DNA of 64,000 bases from Felis catus (Eukaryota). The translations under genes were made by a program, and so were the position numbers. This document shows positions 11,699-23,022 of this stretch, piece after piece (the first letter of the stretch is position 1; every line of letters starts with the position of its first letter). The DNA is taken from the NCBI RefSeq assembly GCF_018350175.1, contig NC_058368.1, forward strand, positions 20,958,001 to 21,022,000, written 5' to 3'. Under the pieces are notes generated by a model. The model saw only the letters and a program-made list of their open reading frames with translations, had not been told where the DNA came from and ran no database searches.

Positions 11699-11999
11699 AA
11701 ATGTCTGTTGAAGGAATGAATGGGTGAATAGATTAATGCACCAATAAAATGCTTTTGATATCCTTAAGGAACACATATTTATGAGAAGTCTTGAGGAAAA
11801 AATGGCATATGCAATATGGAGTCTATTTTTAATCAAAACACATTTTTAAAGGACTTACTATAAATGCTGGAAGCATATATTGTAGACCCCAAAGCATAAA
11901 AGCTGGGTTCCAAATACAATCAAATTTATCTTTTTATCATCATATACAATAATACAGGCTACATTAAAAAAGCTATTTATCTTTCTAAAACAACAAAAG

Positions 12000-12300
12000 C
12001 ACCTTTATTATTGTGATTTCCATCAAACTCATTGTGAAAATTCAAATGACAATGCAAGTAAAAAAGTAGAAAATAAAAGTACTTCCTTAATCCCACCCAT
12101 TAGTGGTAACAACCGTTAATAACTTTCATGTATTCACTGATTTCTCTGTGAACATATGAACATAATGTATATAAATCTATGCATTTGTTTAATATGAATG
12201 TCATAGACTATTATGTACATCTTCCCATGTCAAAACATAGATCTAACATATTCTTATTAATTGTTTCATGATATTCCATTGTAAAAAAGTGATTTTAATA
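12000..12300 (-). mobile_element. Old L1ME-like 3' fragment
   Basis: 'aatcccacccattagtggtaacaaccgttaataact', 'catcttcccatgtca', 'atattccattgt'. Confidence 0.5.
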
Positions 12301-12859
12301 TACAGACCTTATTAAGAATGAAAATTTGCATAATTTGAATCTCTAGGGAAATTACTAGCAACTTTAGATGATGATTTCTCAGCAAATGAGCTAAAACCTC
12401 ATCACCTGTGATCAACAACATCACTCATTCCCAAAAGCCTAGTAAGGGTTGGGGAAAGTACTCTGAAAAGCTCAGCTTGTCACCTGTCCAACAGTATCCT
12501 GCTGGTTCTAGAATACTGAAAAGATCTCTTGGTCATGAGCCACACCCCACTAATGAGAGCTAGGGCCATATGAGCCTCCATACTGGTCATCTGCCAGGTA
12601 AGATCCCGGCACTCTCCCAGATCCTGCTTGCTAGATCTGTGGAATGAATCTACCTGGAAAACAAGCAACGGTTTTAGATTCGAATCATCTTTGTTAATAG
12701 GTATTTATTTAGTTATCACCTAATTATATTTCTGGGCATCAGCACAGTAAAAATAAACTGAACAAGCCAGGTCCTTCTCTTTTCAATTCAATGCAACTGC
12801 TATCTAGGGATTTAAAATGTTGCCATCAAGAATGACTTCGTTAATCGTGAATCAAAACT

Positions 12860-13530
12860 ATATTTCATAGATGTTCATTGCAATGTTATTTAATACCCAT
12901 CAGGAAAAACAGAATGGAAACAATCTAACTATTCAATAATATAGAATTGGTTAAGACCCCATCATGGAGTCATTAAAGAAAATATAGTTGTAAAAGAATA
13001 CTTAGTACATCAGAGTTGTTCAAAACATATCAAGTAAAAAGAAGCAATTTTTACAAAACTGCATTTTCAAAGACCACTTGGAAGCAGAACCTAATGAGTA
13101 AAAAATACGGAGCGGGGCGCCTGAGTGGCTCAGTGGGTTGAGCGTCCGACTTCAGCTCAGGTCACGATCTCACGGTTCGTGAGTTCGAGCCCCGCATCAG
13201 GCTCTGGGCTGATGGCTCAGAGCCTGGAGCCTGCTTCCGATTCTGTGTCTCCCTCTCTCTCTGCCCCTCCCCCATTCATGCTCTGTCTCTCTCTGTCTCA
13301 AAAATAAATAAACATTAAAAAAAAATTGAAAAAAATACGGAGCATAAAAGCATTATTTAGAAAATATCAAGTAAAAAAGCATTAGGAATAATATTAATAC
13401 CAAAAGATTAACAGCAATTATCTTCTAAAATTATTGGTGATTTTAAAATTTTTCTTATGTTTCCTTACATTCTTTTCTAAAATCAGTACATATTACTTTT
13501 GTTATAAGAATAAAAAACTTTGTAATAAGA
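12860..13530 (+). mobile_element. Old L1ME-like 3' end with nested SINE
   Basis: 'gatgttcattgcaatgttatttaata...ggaaacaatctaactattcaataatatagaattggttaa' and 'taccaaaagattaacagcaattatc...tattacttttgttataag'. Confidence 0.65.
13114..13329 (+). mobile_element. Can-SINE (SINEC_Fc)
   Basis: Full body. TSD aaaaaatacggagc at 13100-13113 and 13330-13343. Confidence 0.97.
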
Positions 13531-13729
13531 AAACAATTCAAGAAATAAAAACTAAACTCAGCACGGTTTATCAAAAGGCAGAACATAATCCTTTTCTTCA
13601 AAGTAAGCAGATGTCCACTACAGTCATGATTCCCCCAAAACACGTTGGTGAGAGGGTCACTTAGGTCGGAGAGGTGGGTATATTAACAGACTGGCAATCA
13701 CAGGATAGGATTCTGACACCAAGTATTCA

Positions 13730-14070
13730 TATCACAATTTTCCAATGAGAGAACAGAAGTTGGGAGAGACTAAGAGACTTGCCCAAGGTCACAGGAGGGA
13801 GCCTAGGTTCAAACCCAAATCTACCTGACTCCAAGCTCATCCTTTTTCCACTTATGAATATTATGGCTTGAGAAAAGGGTATGTGGGGTCAGTCTGCCTG
13901 GATTCAAAGCCCTGTGCTGCCATTAATGAGCCACACAACTTCAGGTGCATTTTTAACCTCCTCATGCCTCAGGATTTCACATAAAGTTGTTGTGAAGCTT
14001 AAAGGAGTTAACATGTGTGGAGCGCTCAGAGCATTGTGTAACACAGAGTAAATACTACATAAATGTTAGC
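13730..14070. mobile_element. Two adjacent MIR fragments in opposite orientation
   Basis: 'gacttgcccaaggtcacag...ttcaaacccaaatctacctgactcc', then 'gtcagtctgcctggattcaaagccc...ttaacctcctcatgcctcag...aaatgttagcta'. Confidence 0.75.
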
Positions 14071-14577
14071 TAATTTTACTACCGTATAGGTGACCCATGC
14101 CCCAGTCAGTGCTAACTGCTCTAGAGGGGGGACACTTGGCTCTGGGTAGACCAGTGGATTCAGGGACTGGGAAGGTTGTGCTGAGTGGGAGGTTCTCATA
14201 GATTCTATCTTCTCCAGACCACATCTTTAAAGAGTTTGCACAGTCACTGTTCAGGCCATTGGCTAGCAAATCCCCTGGGTCTGTGGATTTAAGACCCCTG
14301 GCCACTGCATATCTATGATATATGAGTCAGATCTATCCGTGTGAGTTTCAAATACATATTCCAAGAAGCCAGGTGGGAAACTGCCACAGATACACAGGGC
14401 CTATTGGATTCGTTGATTTTATTGCACCTCTCATCTAATCCAGGACAAGTCCACAGAGCCCAACACCTGGTGGCTGAAAGCTGGCTTCCCTGTCACATCC
14501 AGAGGCCAAACGGGCATTTGCTTCAGGGCACAGGAGAAGGATATCAGTATCTCAAAGACCCCAGGTATATCCCATAG

Positions 14578-14858
14578 CAGCTTTTCCCCGAGCCAGTTCC
14601 CTGGAACACCACTTCTGAGATATGTTCACATCTGTTTTACAGGAAAAAAAAAAAGTGTTCTGTGGCCAAATAACTTTGGAAAACATTACATTAAACAAGA
14701 TTATAGAGTTTCTCAGGATCATCAACATGCTAATACGGACTGTGAGTCTCCGAGAGGGGGATACGAAACACAGGGTGTGTCATCACTATATACCCTTTGT
14801 TCACATATTCCTAGTCAAGGACCTTATGTGCCATGAAACACATTTTGGGAATGTTACT
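14578..14858. mobile_element. hAT-Charlie (Charlie4-like) MITE
   Basis: Degenerate TIRs 'cagcttttcccc' and 'ttttgggaatgtt'. Internal 'gttctgtggccaaataactttggaaaac' and 'atgctaatacggactgtgagtctccgagaggggg'. Confidence 0.6.
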
Positions 14859-15075
14859 CTGGCTCTGTAACCGCAGGTCCTCTTTGAAGGGCAAAACTGG
14901 CAAATTTCTTGGCCATGCAAGTATCCTGGTTTGGAGGACGGTTAATTTAAGGAAGGGTAGGCAAATCCGTGGCCAAAAGGATGGAGGCAGGAATAAGAAA
15001 TGTGAGCGAAGGCAAAAATGAAGATGCAGACAAAGTCAGAGATTTTGAACAGAAGGTGAGAAGGGGATGGAAAGG

Positions 15076-15774
15076 TATGTTAATTTCCTAGGGCTGCTGT
15101 AACCAATTATCACAAACTCAGTGGCTGTATCCTACACAAATGCCTTCTCTTACAATTCTGGAGGTCAGAAGTTCAGAATAAGTTCTAAGGGGCCAAAATC
15201 AAAGTGTCAGCAGGGCTGATTCCTTCTGGAGGCTCCAGGGAAGAATCTATTCATTGCCTCTTTCAGTTTCGGGAAATGGCCATGGTTTATGTCCCCATCA
15301 TTCCAATCTCTGCTTCCACAGTCACACTGCCTTCTTCTGTCTCTTACCTTGCTGCCTTCCTCTTATAAGGACCCTGTGATTACGATGGACTGCCTGGAAA
15401 ATCTAGCATAATATTCCCATCTCAAAATCCTTCACTAGGGCTGCCTGGGTGGCTCAGTCAGTTGAGTGTCTGACTCTTAATTTTGGCTCAGGTCACAATC
15501 TCATAGCTCATGAGTTTGAGCCCCACTGTTAGTGCAGAGCCTGCTTAGGATTCTCTTTCTCCCTCTGTCTCTGCCCCTCCCCCCATAAACATAAATAAAT
15601 ACACTTTTTAAAAAAGATCCTTAATTAAATTACATCAGCAAAGCTGTTTTCGCCATGTTACGGGTTACAGGTTCATAGGTTTTGGGGACAGATTTTGCCA
15701 TGCCAGGTTACAGATCCATAGGTTCTGGGGACTATTCTGGACATATGCAGGAGACCACTATTCAGCCTGCTATA
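15076..15774 (-). mobile_element. MLT1 solo LTR with nested SINE
   Basis: 'ttaatttcctagggctgctgtaacc...tctggaggtcagaagttc...tccttctggaggctccagggaagaatc...cactattcagcctgctata'. Confidence 0.9.
15438..15614 (+). mobile_element. Older Can-SINE inside MLT1
   Basis: 'gggctgcctgggtggctcagtcagttgagtg...'. Degenerate TSD aaatccttcacta / agatccttaatta. Confidence 0.9.
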
Positions 15775-18700
15775 AGGAAGAAGAGACTGGAGGTGGGAAG
15801 GGAGGTAGAGAATCAATCGATAAACTGTGGTAAATCAGGATGGCTTAGTATCCTCACCAGAAGCAGCCAAGATCTCCCCCTGCCACTCTCCTTTTATAAC
15901 AGGAGGGATTACTGTTCCCCACAGGTACATTTCAGCACAGAATGCAAGACAACCCCTCCGTGCATTACAGGCGGGGTCAAAAGTTTCACCCAAACTGCCG
16001 CAGATGGCTACATTTTCTTTCTAATTTGGGTACTAGAAACGAAACTACAAAATAAACTTGTGTAGGAAAGAGGAGAGTTAATTCAGGGGTTTAAAACCTG
16101 AGTTGCTGTTTCTCTCATTCACCAGTTGTTATACGTATGCTATGCATAGAATTTTAAAGCACATCTTTTATTCTGCTAAGGATACACCCTGAAGAAGAAA
16201 ACACACATACATGTACACACAAATTATATAGTGAGATTGAACCGAGGGTGTGTTGAATGACATGAATAAAATTATCCAGAGCTATGTTATATCTTGGACA
16301 AATATTTTAAGGCGCAGGTTACTCAAAGCTGCCAGTGTGGGGGCTTTGTCCATATCTTGCCAGGAAACTCAAGGATGCACTTAACCAGGCAGCCGGTTAC
16401 AGTCTGCGGCTTCCTTACCCTCCACAATCCCCCATTACCTAAGCAAGAATGGACAACATCTTCACCGGAGGAACACTATTCCCATTCTCACAAAGCTATA
16501 GCCTTCCCCGGGAAGCAAGGGGTGCTCCAGGTCCTGTCTATAAAGATCTCCGCACAGGACACACGGTATGGAGATAAACATAAGCCACACTTGCGTGTGA
16601 CAGCATTGTTTTCCCTAACGTTACATTTTAGATCTCTTAAAAATCCAATTCCTGCAGCTCATGTGTCAACGTGAGAAGAGCTAGGCTGTCTATTTTCAAT
16701 CTGCCAATTTCCCAAGGAGAAACAAAGATTTTTTTCATGTGTGCAAGAATTCCCAACTTTAGTCAAGACTGGAATTTCACTGTTTTTAGTTTTTATAGCA
16801 GCTGTGTTTTGCCCATAGAGGGGAAAAATAAAGAAACTGGGAAAAGAGACAATTTGCCATTGACCAGGAGACAGGACTGGGGCTGAGAGGTGGAAATCAC
16901 AACAAATTTTCCATTTTCCTCCTGAGGGATTTGGTCAGTTATTTGGTCAAACCCATAGGAGGATGTCAAATAATGCTGATACAAGGACCTTGAAAAATCA
17001 CCTTTTGTTTTTGTGGGGAAAAGGAGAGAGGAAATTGAGGTGAAACTGCAAAATGTTTCATTTTTTTTTCATGAGGCCAGCAAAAGAGAAGGTCCTCTTT
17101 AGCCGCCAGTGCAAATGTTTTTGCAAAGTTCAACTGCCAAGTGTCCTTTCAGGCCTGCCAGTTTTCATAATTGAAAGATACCTTTTTAAATGAACTTGTT
17201 GGTCTTCTACTGGGTGAGAGGAAGCCTTCCCACGTGTGAATCGCTCTCTTCCGTCAAGGACTTTGTTGAAGATCGGTGATGCTAGAAGGCACATCACCAC
17301 AAGAACATACATAATACTCAGTGGCACTATTTTGGGCCAAACGGATGGCTTAAGACCTTATGCAACAAATGACATGATGACATGCAAATCAGTAATCTCT
17401 GAGCAGTGTCAGACAATCACTTTCCACAGGAGAGTCTTATTGGTCAATAGAGACAAATCTCATCTTCCTGTTGAAAAGCTTTGCAGAAAACTTTCCCTGG
17501 GAGAATAACCGACTAGAGTGAAGGCGAACACTAACGTCTATAAGAAGACTATTATTTTTGTAGAGGGAAAGCCTGCATGAAGACACCGAAAGCGTGTTTT
17601 CATTGCACTCCATCAAGACATTTAATAAAACTGCCATCCCTAACACACTACTAGCTACTTCAGGATTGTTTTCACAGTTACTCAGCAGGAAACTAACATT
17701 TGAACCCACCAATCTTTTGAGTTGCAAATTCAATTTTAAACTTTTTATTTAAAAGGCCTCGAGAATATCTATCACTCCAGGCCGAGGGATGATAATAACA
17801 TTAAGCTTTATGAGTGATTACTTTCCGATCAAGGGTGACAGACTTGCTTATATGAACAGGGTGAGACTTTTCATAAGCAGCAGAGTCCCATCCAAGTTCT
17901 CCCTGATTCTATTTGCCAAAGAAAGGAAAAGGATATTACATTTTAAAATAAAATTCCTCCAAATAAAATCCTACCAAAGCTTAATGTCGGAGAGATCTTG
18001 CGGTGCCTTTATGTTGTAAATGCTGAGGTTTTATATTACTTATATAAGCTTTAGTCTCCAATAGAGCTGGCACACAAACCCCAAGAATGCCGAAGCAGCT
18101 GAAGTCCTGCATCTGAGTCATTTGGGCCAAAACAGGCACGGACGGGGACATGAAACAGAAGTGTTCTCTCAGCTCCCTGCAACTCTTTGCTCTCCCTTGC
18201 AGCTTCCACACAAAGAGCTAGTGATAGCTTCTAATCGCACGAAAACTCAGTGAGGCATACAAGTTGCATATTAAGGCTGATACTTGCTAATATTTTTAAA
18301 GGGTCGCTTCAAAGGAGGACTTCAGGTTCTTAGAACTAAATCCAATTCCTTAGAGGCTTTGACCGTATTACCATTACAAAGAACGAATCTCACAGATATC
18401 CAAACAGCCAGTCCCAGTCAACAAGACATGTATTTTAAATCAGAAAGCCAAACAAGGATGGCTACAAATCCTCTACACAAAACTGCATTAGTCCATGCTC
18501 CCATTAATTTGGGCAGTTACTGGACGGGCCTGAAGTTTGCTAAGTAAATCAGGGATGTGAAGAATTACAATTTAAATAGCTTAAGACACACTGTTTCTTA
18601 AAATCCTTTTAAAATAATCTACAAGTATTTCTTCAACTATAAATAACTGACATGTTAATTATAAATAATGCCTTAAGAATGACATGATAATTATACATAA

Positions 18701-18879
18701 TGCTCATCTGTAGGTCCTCTAACACCCCCTAGGAGGCAAGGGTTCTCTTTCCTTACGTAGTTTAAGTTACTTAGTGTCTGAGAAGGTGGTAAACCCTTTA
18801 CCTTTAAATACAGTTTATTAAAGCATGTGTCTCACAAATTCAGGTCGGAAATAGCACATTTGTACTGCAATTCCTTAGT

Positions 18880-19070
18880 GCGCCTTTGTTCCTAGACCAT
18901 TAACTCACTGAAGGACCTTAGGCAAGTTACTTAACCTCTCTGAGCCTCAGTCTATTCCTCCAGGAAAATAATACAGTAGTACCTATTTGATCACTGGGTT
19001 AACGTACATAAAATGCTTAGAAAATACACGGAACAACGTAGCCACTAGGTAAAGAACAGCCGTTATTCAT
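18880..19070. mobile_element. MIR
   Basis: 'gaccttaggcaagttacttaacctctctgagcctcagt...aaaatgcttagaa'. Confidence 0.85.
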
Positions 19071-20194
19071 ATTGGTTGTAGTCATATACACTATGGAAGG
19101 CTCACTTGCCATTTGAAGATACCAATTTATAATTTCTCAGATTTGGGGGCCAAAATCTGTAATAATTAAAGTGACTTTCACAAGAGACCAAGAGGGAGTG
19201 CATAACCCATGTCGAGGGAGGAAGGGAAGCTCAGGACCCATTCAACAAGCATCATATCCAAATAATCCATCACTGTAACTAGTCAAGCAGGCTCCTTTAA
19301 GGTCAAGGAGACTTAGCAAATACTGGTTGGGTATCAGGAAGAGAAGCCACGTGAATGAAGACATCCACACACATAGACTCAGACTGATTACTGAGATTAC
19401 ATTACATTCCACTACGTCCCAGTCCACCTTCTTCTTCTCTGTAGGCTAAGTGTCAGTATCTTGACTTTAATATGATTGCTTTGAGAGGCCTCTACCCACT
19501 CACCTCAATTTTCTGGAAACCTCCATTTTCTCAGCTCTCCAAGGCAATTTTGCAGCCAAAGCATCTGTGAGCTCACTGGGGACTTAATCTACAACAACGT
19601 CAGGTTCTTCTGGTGGCATGGCAAAGAGGGAATTTGTGGTTGTTCTTATATGCGGAGCTGTCTTTCATATGGAAAAAGAAAGCTTTGGTGGTGGCAGAAT
19701 GCAAGTGTGGCTCTGACTCAAAGGATCAGTGAGTGTCCTTGACCCCTTCGTATACCCATAAATACTCCCTTTCATTCCCATTCAACTCAACACCTCTTTC
19801 TACTTCCAGGTACTGTGCTGCAGTGTGTGGATGAAAGAGGAATAACAATAAGTGGCTTCTGTCCTCCAAGTGCAGGTACCATTTTAAGCCCTATTGCTAT
19901 TTGCTGCTCCAAGTCTTAAAAGTGCAGTGGTGCCCTTTCACATAGAAAGAGACACCCCCACAGCACAGATCTTTCTCTCTCTCTTTTTTTAATGTCTTTC
20001 TTTGTTTAGGAGGAGCTGTATTATGTCAATTTCCTTTTGTAATAAAGGTATTTACCTGTCCCTTGAAGGTTAGAAGTGAATTCATTCCAGCTTCATTCAA
20101 GCCAGAGTATCTATATCACTCCTTTATAATGAATGGAGATCATCTTTGAAATACGACGCAATATAATTCTCCTTTTCTAGAAGTTCCTTTCTTT

Positions 20195-20395
20195 CCTGGC
20201 TCTGCCACTTGCTGGGAGAGATTGAACGAGCTGCCTAACCTCCTGCACCTAGTTTGCTCATCTGTAACATAGGATGGGCATAGGCCTTGCCTCATAGGGC
20301 TGTGGTGAGGCTTAAATAACATGAGATAGAGTCCTCAAGGAACAATGCCTGGTACACAGTAAGCAACTAATAAAGGTTGGCCATCATTATCATTA
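20195..20395. mobile_element. MIR
   Basis: 'tcctggctctgccacttgctgg...ctcatctgtaac...atgcctggtacacagtaagc'. Confidence 0.85.
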
Positions 20396-20627
20396 TCACT
20401 TTTCAAATACAGTAGTACTAATTGTAGTATTATCCTGCTAGCATGTCAGTGGACCCTTTCAAGGAGTATCACGGGAGCGTGAAATGGTTCAGTATATACC
20501 AAAGTATCTCAACGTACCAAAGTATATCAGAATGCCATTAAACCATCAACCATACCATGTACCTTAGAGAATAAAAGAACTGAATCGGAGTATGGAAACT
20601 TCAGTTCTTCTACTGAACTGCTAACAA

Positions 20628-21354
20628 TTTTTTTAGTGTACAGTTAAATACTGTTATTTACATTGTTGTGCAACAGATCTCTAGAACTTTTTCATCTTGC
20701 AAATTGAAACTCTACACCCACTAAATGCTCACTCCCCTCCCCCCTCTCCCACTCTTGGTGACCACCTTTCTACTTTTTGTTGAAGTGATTTTGACTATTT
20801 TAAGTACTTCACATTAGTATAATCATACGGTATTTGTCATTCTGTGTTTGGCTTATTTCACTCAGTGTAATGTCCTCAAGGTTTACAGATGTTGGAGCAC
20901 GTGACAGAATGTCCTTCTTTTTTAGGGCTGCATAATATTCCACTGTATGTGTATACCACATTTTCTTTATCCATCCACTTTTCAGCGGACATTTGAGTTG
21001 CTTCTAGCTCTTAGCTATTGTGAGTAATGCTGCCGTGAATATGGATGTGCAAATAGCTCTTTGAGATCCTGCTTTGAATTCTTTTGTATATGTACCCAGA
21101 AGTGGGATTGCTGAATCATTTGATAATTTTATTTTTAATTTCTTTGAAGAAACTCCATACTGTTTTACGTAGTGGCTACATAATTTTATATGCCCACCGA
21201 TAGTGTGGAAGTGTTCCAATTTCTCCATATCCTTGTCAACACTTGTTATTTTCTGTTCTTTTGATAGTGGCCATCCTAACAGGTGTGAGGTGATATCTCA
21301 TTTTGGTTTTGATTATGGATAGTGATGTTAGCATCTTTTCACATACTTGTTGGC
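20628..21354 (-). mobile_element. L1 (L1MA-like) 3' end
   Basis: Minus-strand ORF 21004-21228 resembles the L1 ORF2 C-terminus (...AIPLLGTYTKEFKAG...FTAALLTIAK). The 3'UTR follows. Confidence 0.9.
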
Positions 21355-22719
21355 TGACAGTCACAATCTTTTCTACTCCATCTATTCAGTGCCAGAACCG
21401 CCACTTAAAGACGCCCTTACTGGCTCCCTAGGGAATACTGTTTTGTTTCAACCTCACATTGTGCAAAAGTGAAGTGAAACATATCAAGCTTACATATTAT
21501 TGAGCATTTTTTAACTGCAGTGTCCCAGTGATAATGCATTCAGTTAGTATTGTTTAGGGAATGACTAAGGCCTCAGATGACTGCTTTTTTACCACTTTTG
21601 CCAGGAGAGTTAAACCAAACTCTACCTTTGTTAAGACAACAAAAGTTTAAAAAAAAAATCTGTGGTCCATGTAGGCATGGTGAACAGAAATTTTGAGAAT
21701 TCTCCAAAAAATTGATTAACATCTAGAATGTAAGGTGTCATCAACAAAAATGGGAGAGTAAAGGACTCCCCAAATCCTCTCCTATATAAAAGCAATGAGA
21801 AAACTGGCAAAAAGTGTCAATGCTAACTATAAGACTCTGGAAATGAACCAAAAGCTTGCAGTGATCTGAGGAATGTTTGTCCATAAAATGGTTGAATCTC
21901 AGTAAGATGGAGAGCTTTGTAGCATTTTTAACAGGTCCTCTTCCCATTATTCTCCCACTCAATCTTCCTCAGATCCACAGTAGCCTTGAAAACTAACAGC
22001 CCATGTTGAAACAGCAGCATTGTAGCCACTGGAAGGGGCAGAAAGAGGTTACGCTTTCTTCAAATATCCATTTCCAGAGAATTGTAACTATTTGTCTAGG
22101 GATACCCTGGAAAACCCCACTTGCAAGACTGCCTTTATTTGATCTGACTCACAGGTCGCCTAAACAAACAGACTTTTTCTCAGGGCTATTGGTTAAAAAC
22201 CATCAGAAGTAAATGATGAATATTGCAGCTGTCTGAAGCAATGGAAAATGGTTGTTACAAACCACAGACTAAACAAAAGACTTGAAAGGAAAAGTTGAGA
22301 TGCCCATAGATAACTTTGAAAAACTCCAACCTATTCCTGGAAATCAAAAGGTCATATGCATATGTGGAGTCCTGCACAAGTCCATGGCTCTGCACATGCT
22401 CAGAGAATACCAGCGAACATGGTAACTTCTCAACTCCTACTAAACTTGAGTTTCTGTACAAACAGGAAATGATGGCTAAGGCAGAGTTGTCAAGTTCTTG
22501 GCTGAGTGTCGAAGATGTAAATCAATATGTACACAGAGTCCCTCAGCAAAGATGGGGAGATTTGCTGGTTCTGGACATCGAAAAAATCTCTTTCTGATCA
22601 TTAACTGGCCAGGGAAGAGGCTTCCGTAGCTACACCCAACAAAAAGGTGATGTTAGCAGAATGGACAAAAAATATGACTTAATATATGCTATCTATCCCA
22701 GGCACACTTTAGATTCAAA

Positions 22720-22720
<1 letters not shown>

Positions 22721-22764
<44 letters not shown>
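22721..22764. repeat. (AC)22 microsatellite inside L1 ORF2
   Basis: Perfect run counted directly. Confidence 0.98.
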
Positions 22765-22767
<3 letters not shown>

Positions 22768-22779
22768 GAAGCTAAATAA

Positions 22780-23022
22780 GCTAAATACAGAGAGGGAGGC
22801 AAATATAAGAGACTCTTAAATACAGAGAACAAACTGAGGGTTGCTGGAGGGGAGGTGAGTGGGGGGGGGTGCTAAATGGGTGATGGGCATTAAGGAGGGC
22901 ATTTGTTGGGATGAGCACTGGGTGTTATATGGAAGTGATGAATCACTGGGTTCTATTCCTGTAACCAATACTACACTGTATGTTAACTAACTTGAATTTA
23001 AATAAGTAACTTTTAAAAAAAG
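22780..23022 (+). mobile_element. Carnivore L1 3'UTR fragment nested in the older L1
   Basis: 'agagagggaggcaaatataagagactcttaaatacagagaacaaactgagggttg...gggatgagcactgggtgttata' is homologous to the L1_Fc 3'UTRs at 50470 and 55915. Confidence 0.9.

Noticed and set aside
13027..13377. 14-bp repeat atatcaagtaaaaa on both sides of a SINE
   Set aside because: Not the SINE TSD; short A-rich match inside an old L1 with no functional implication.
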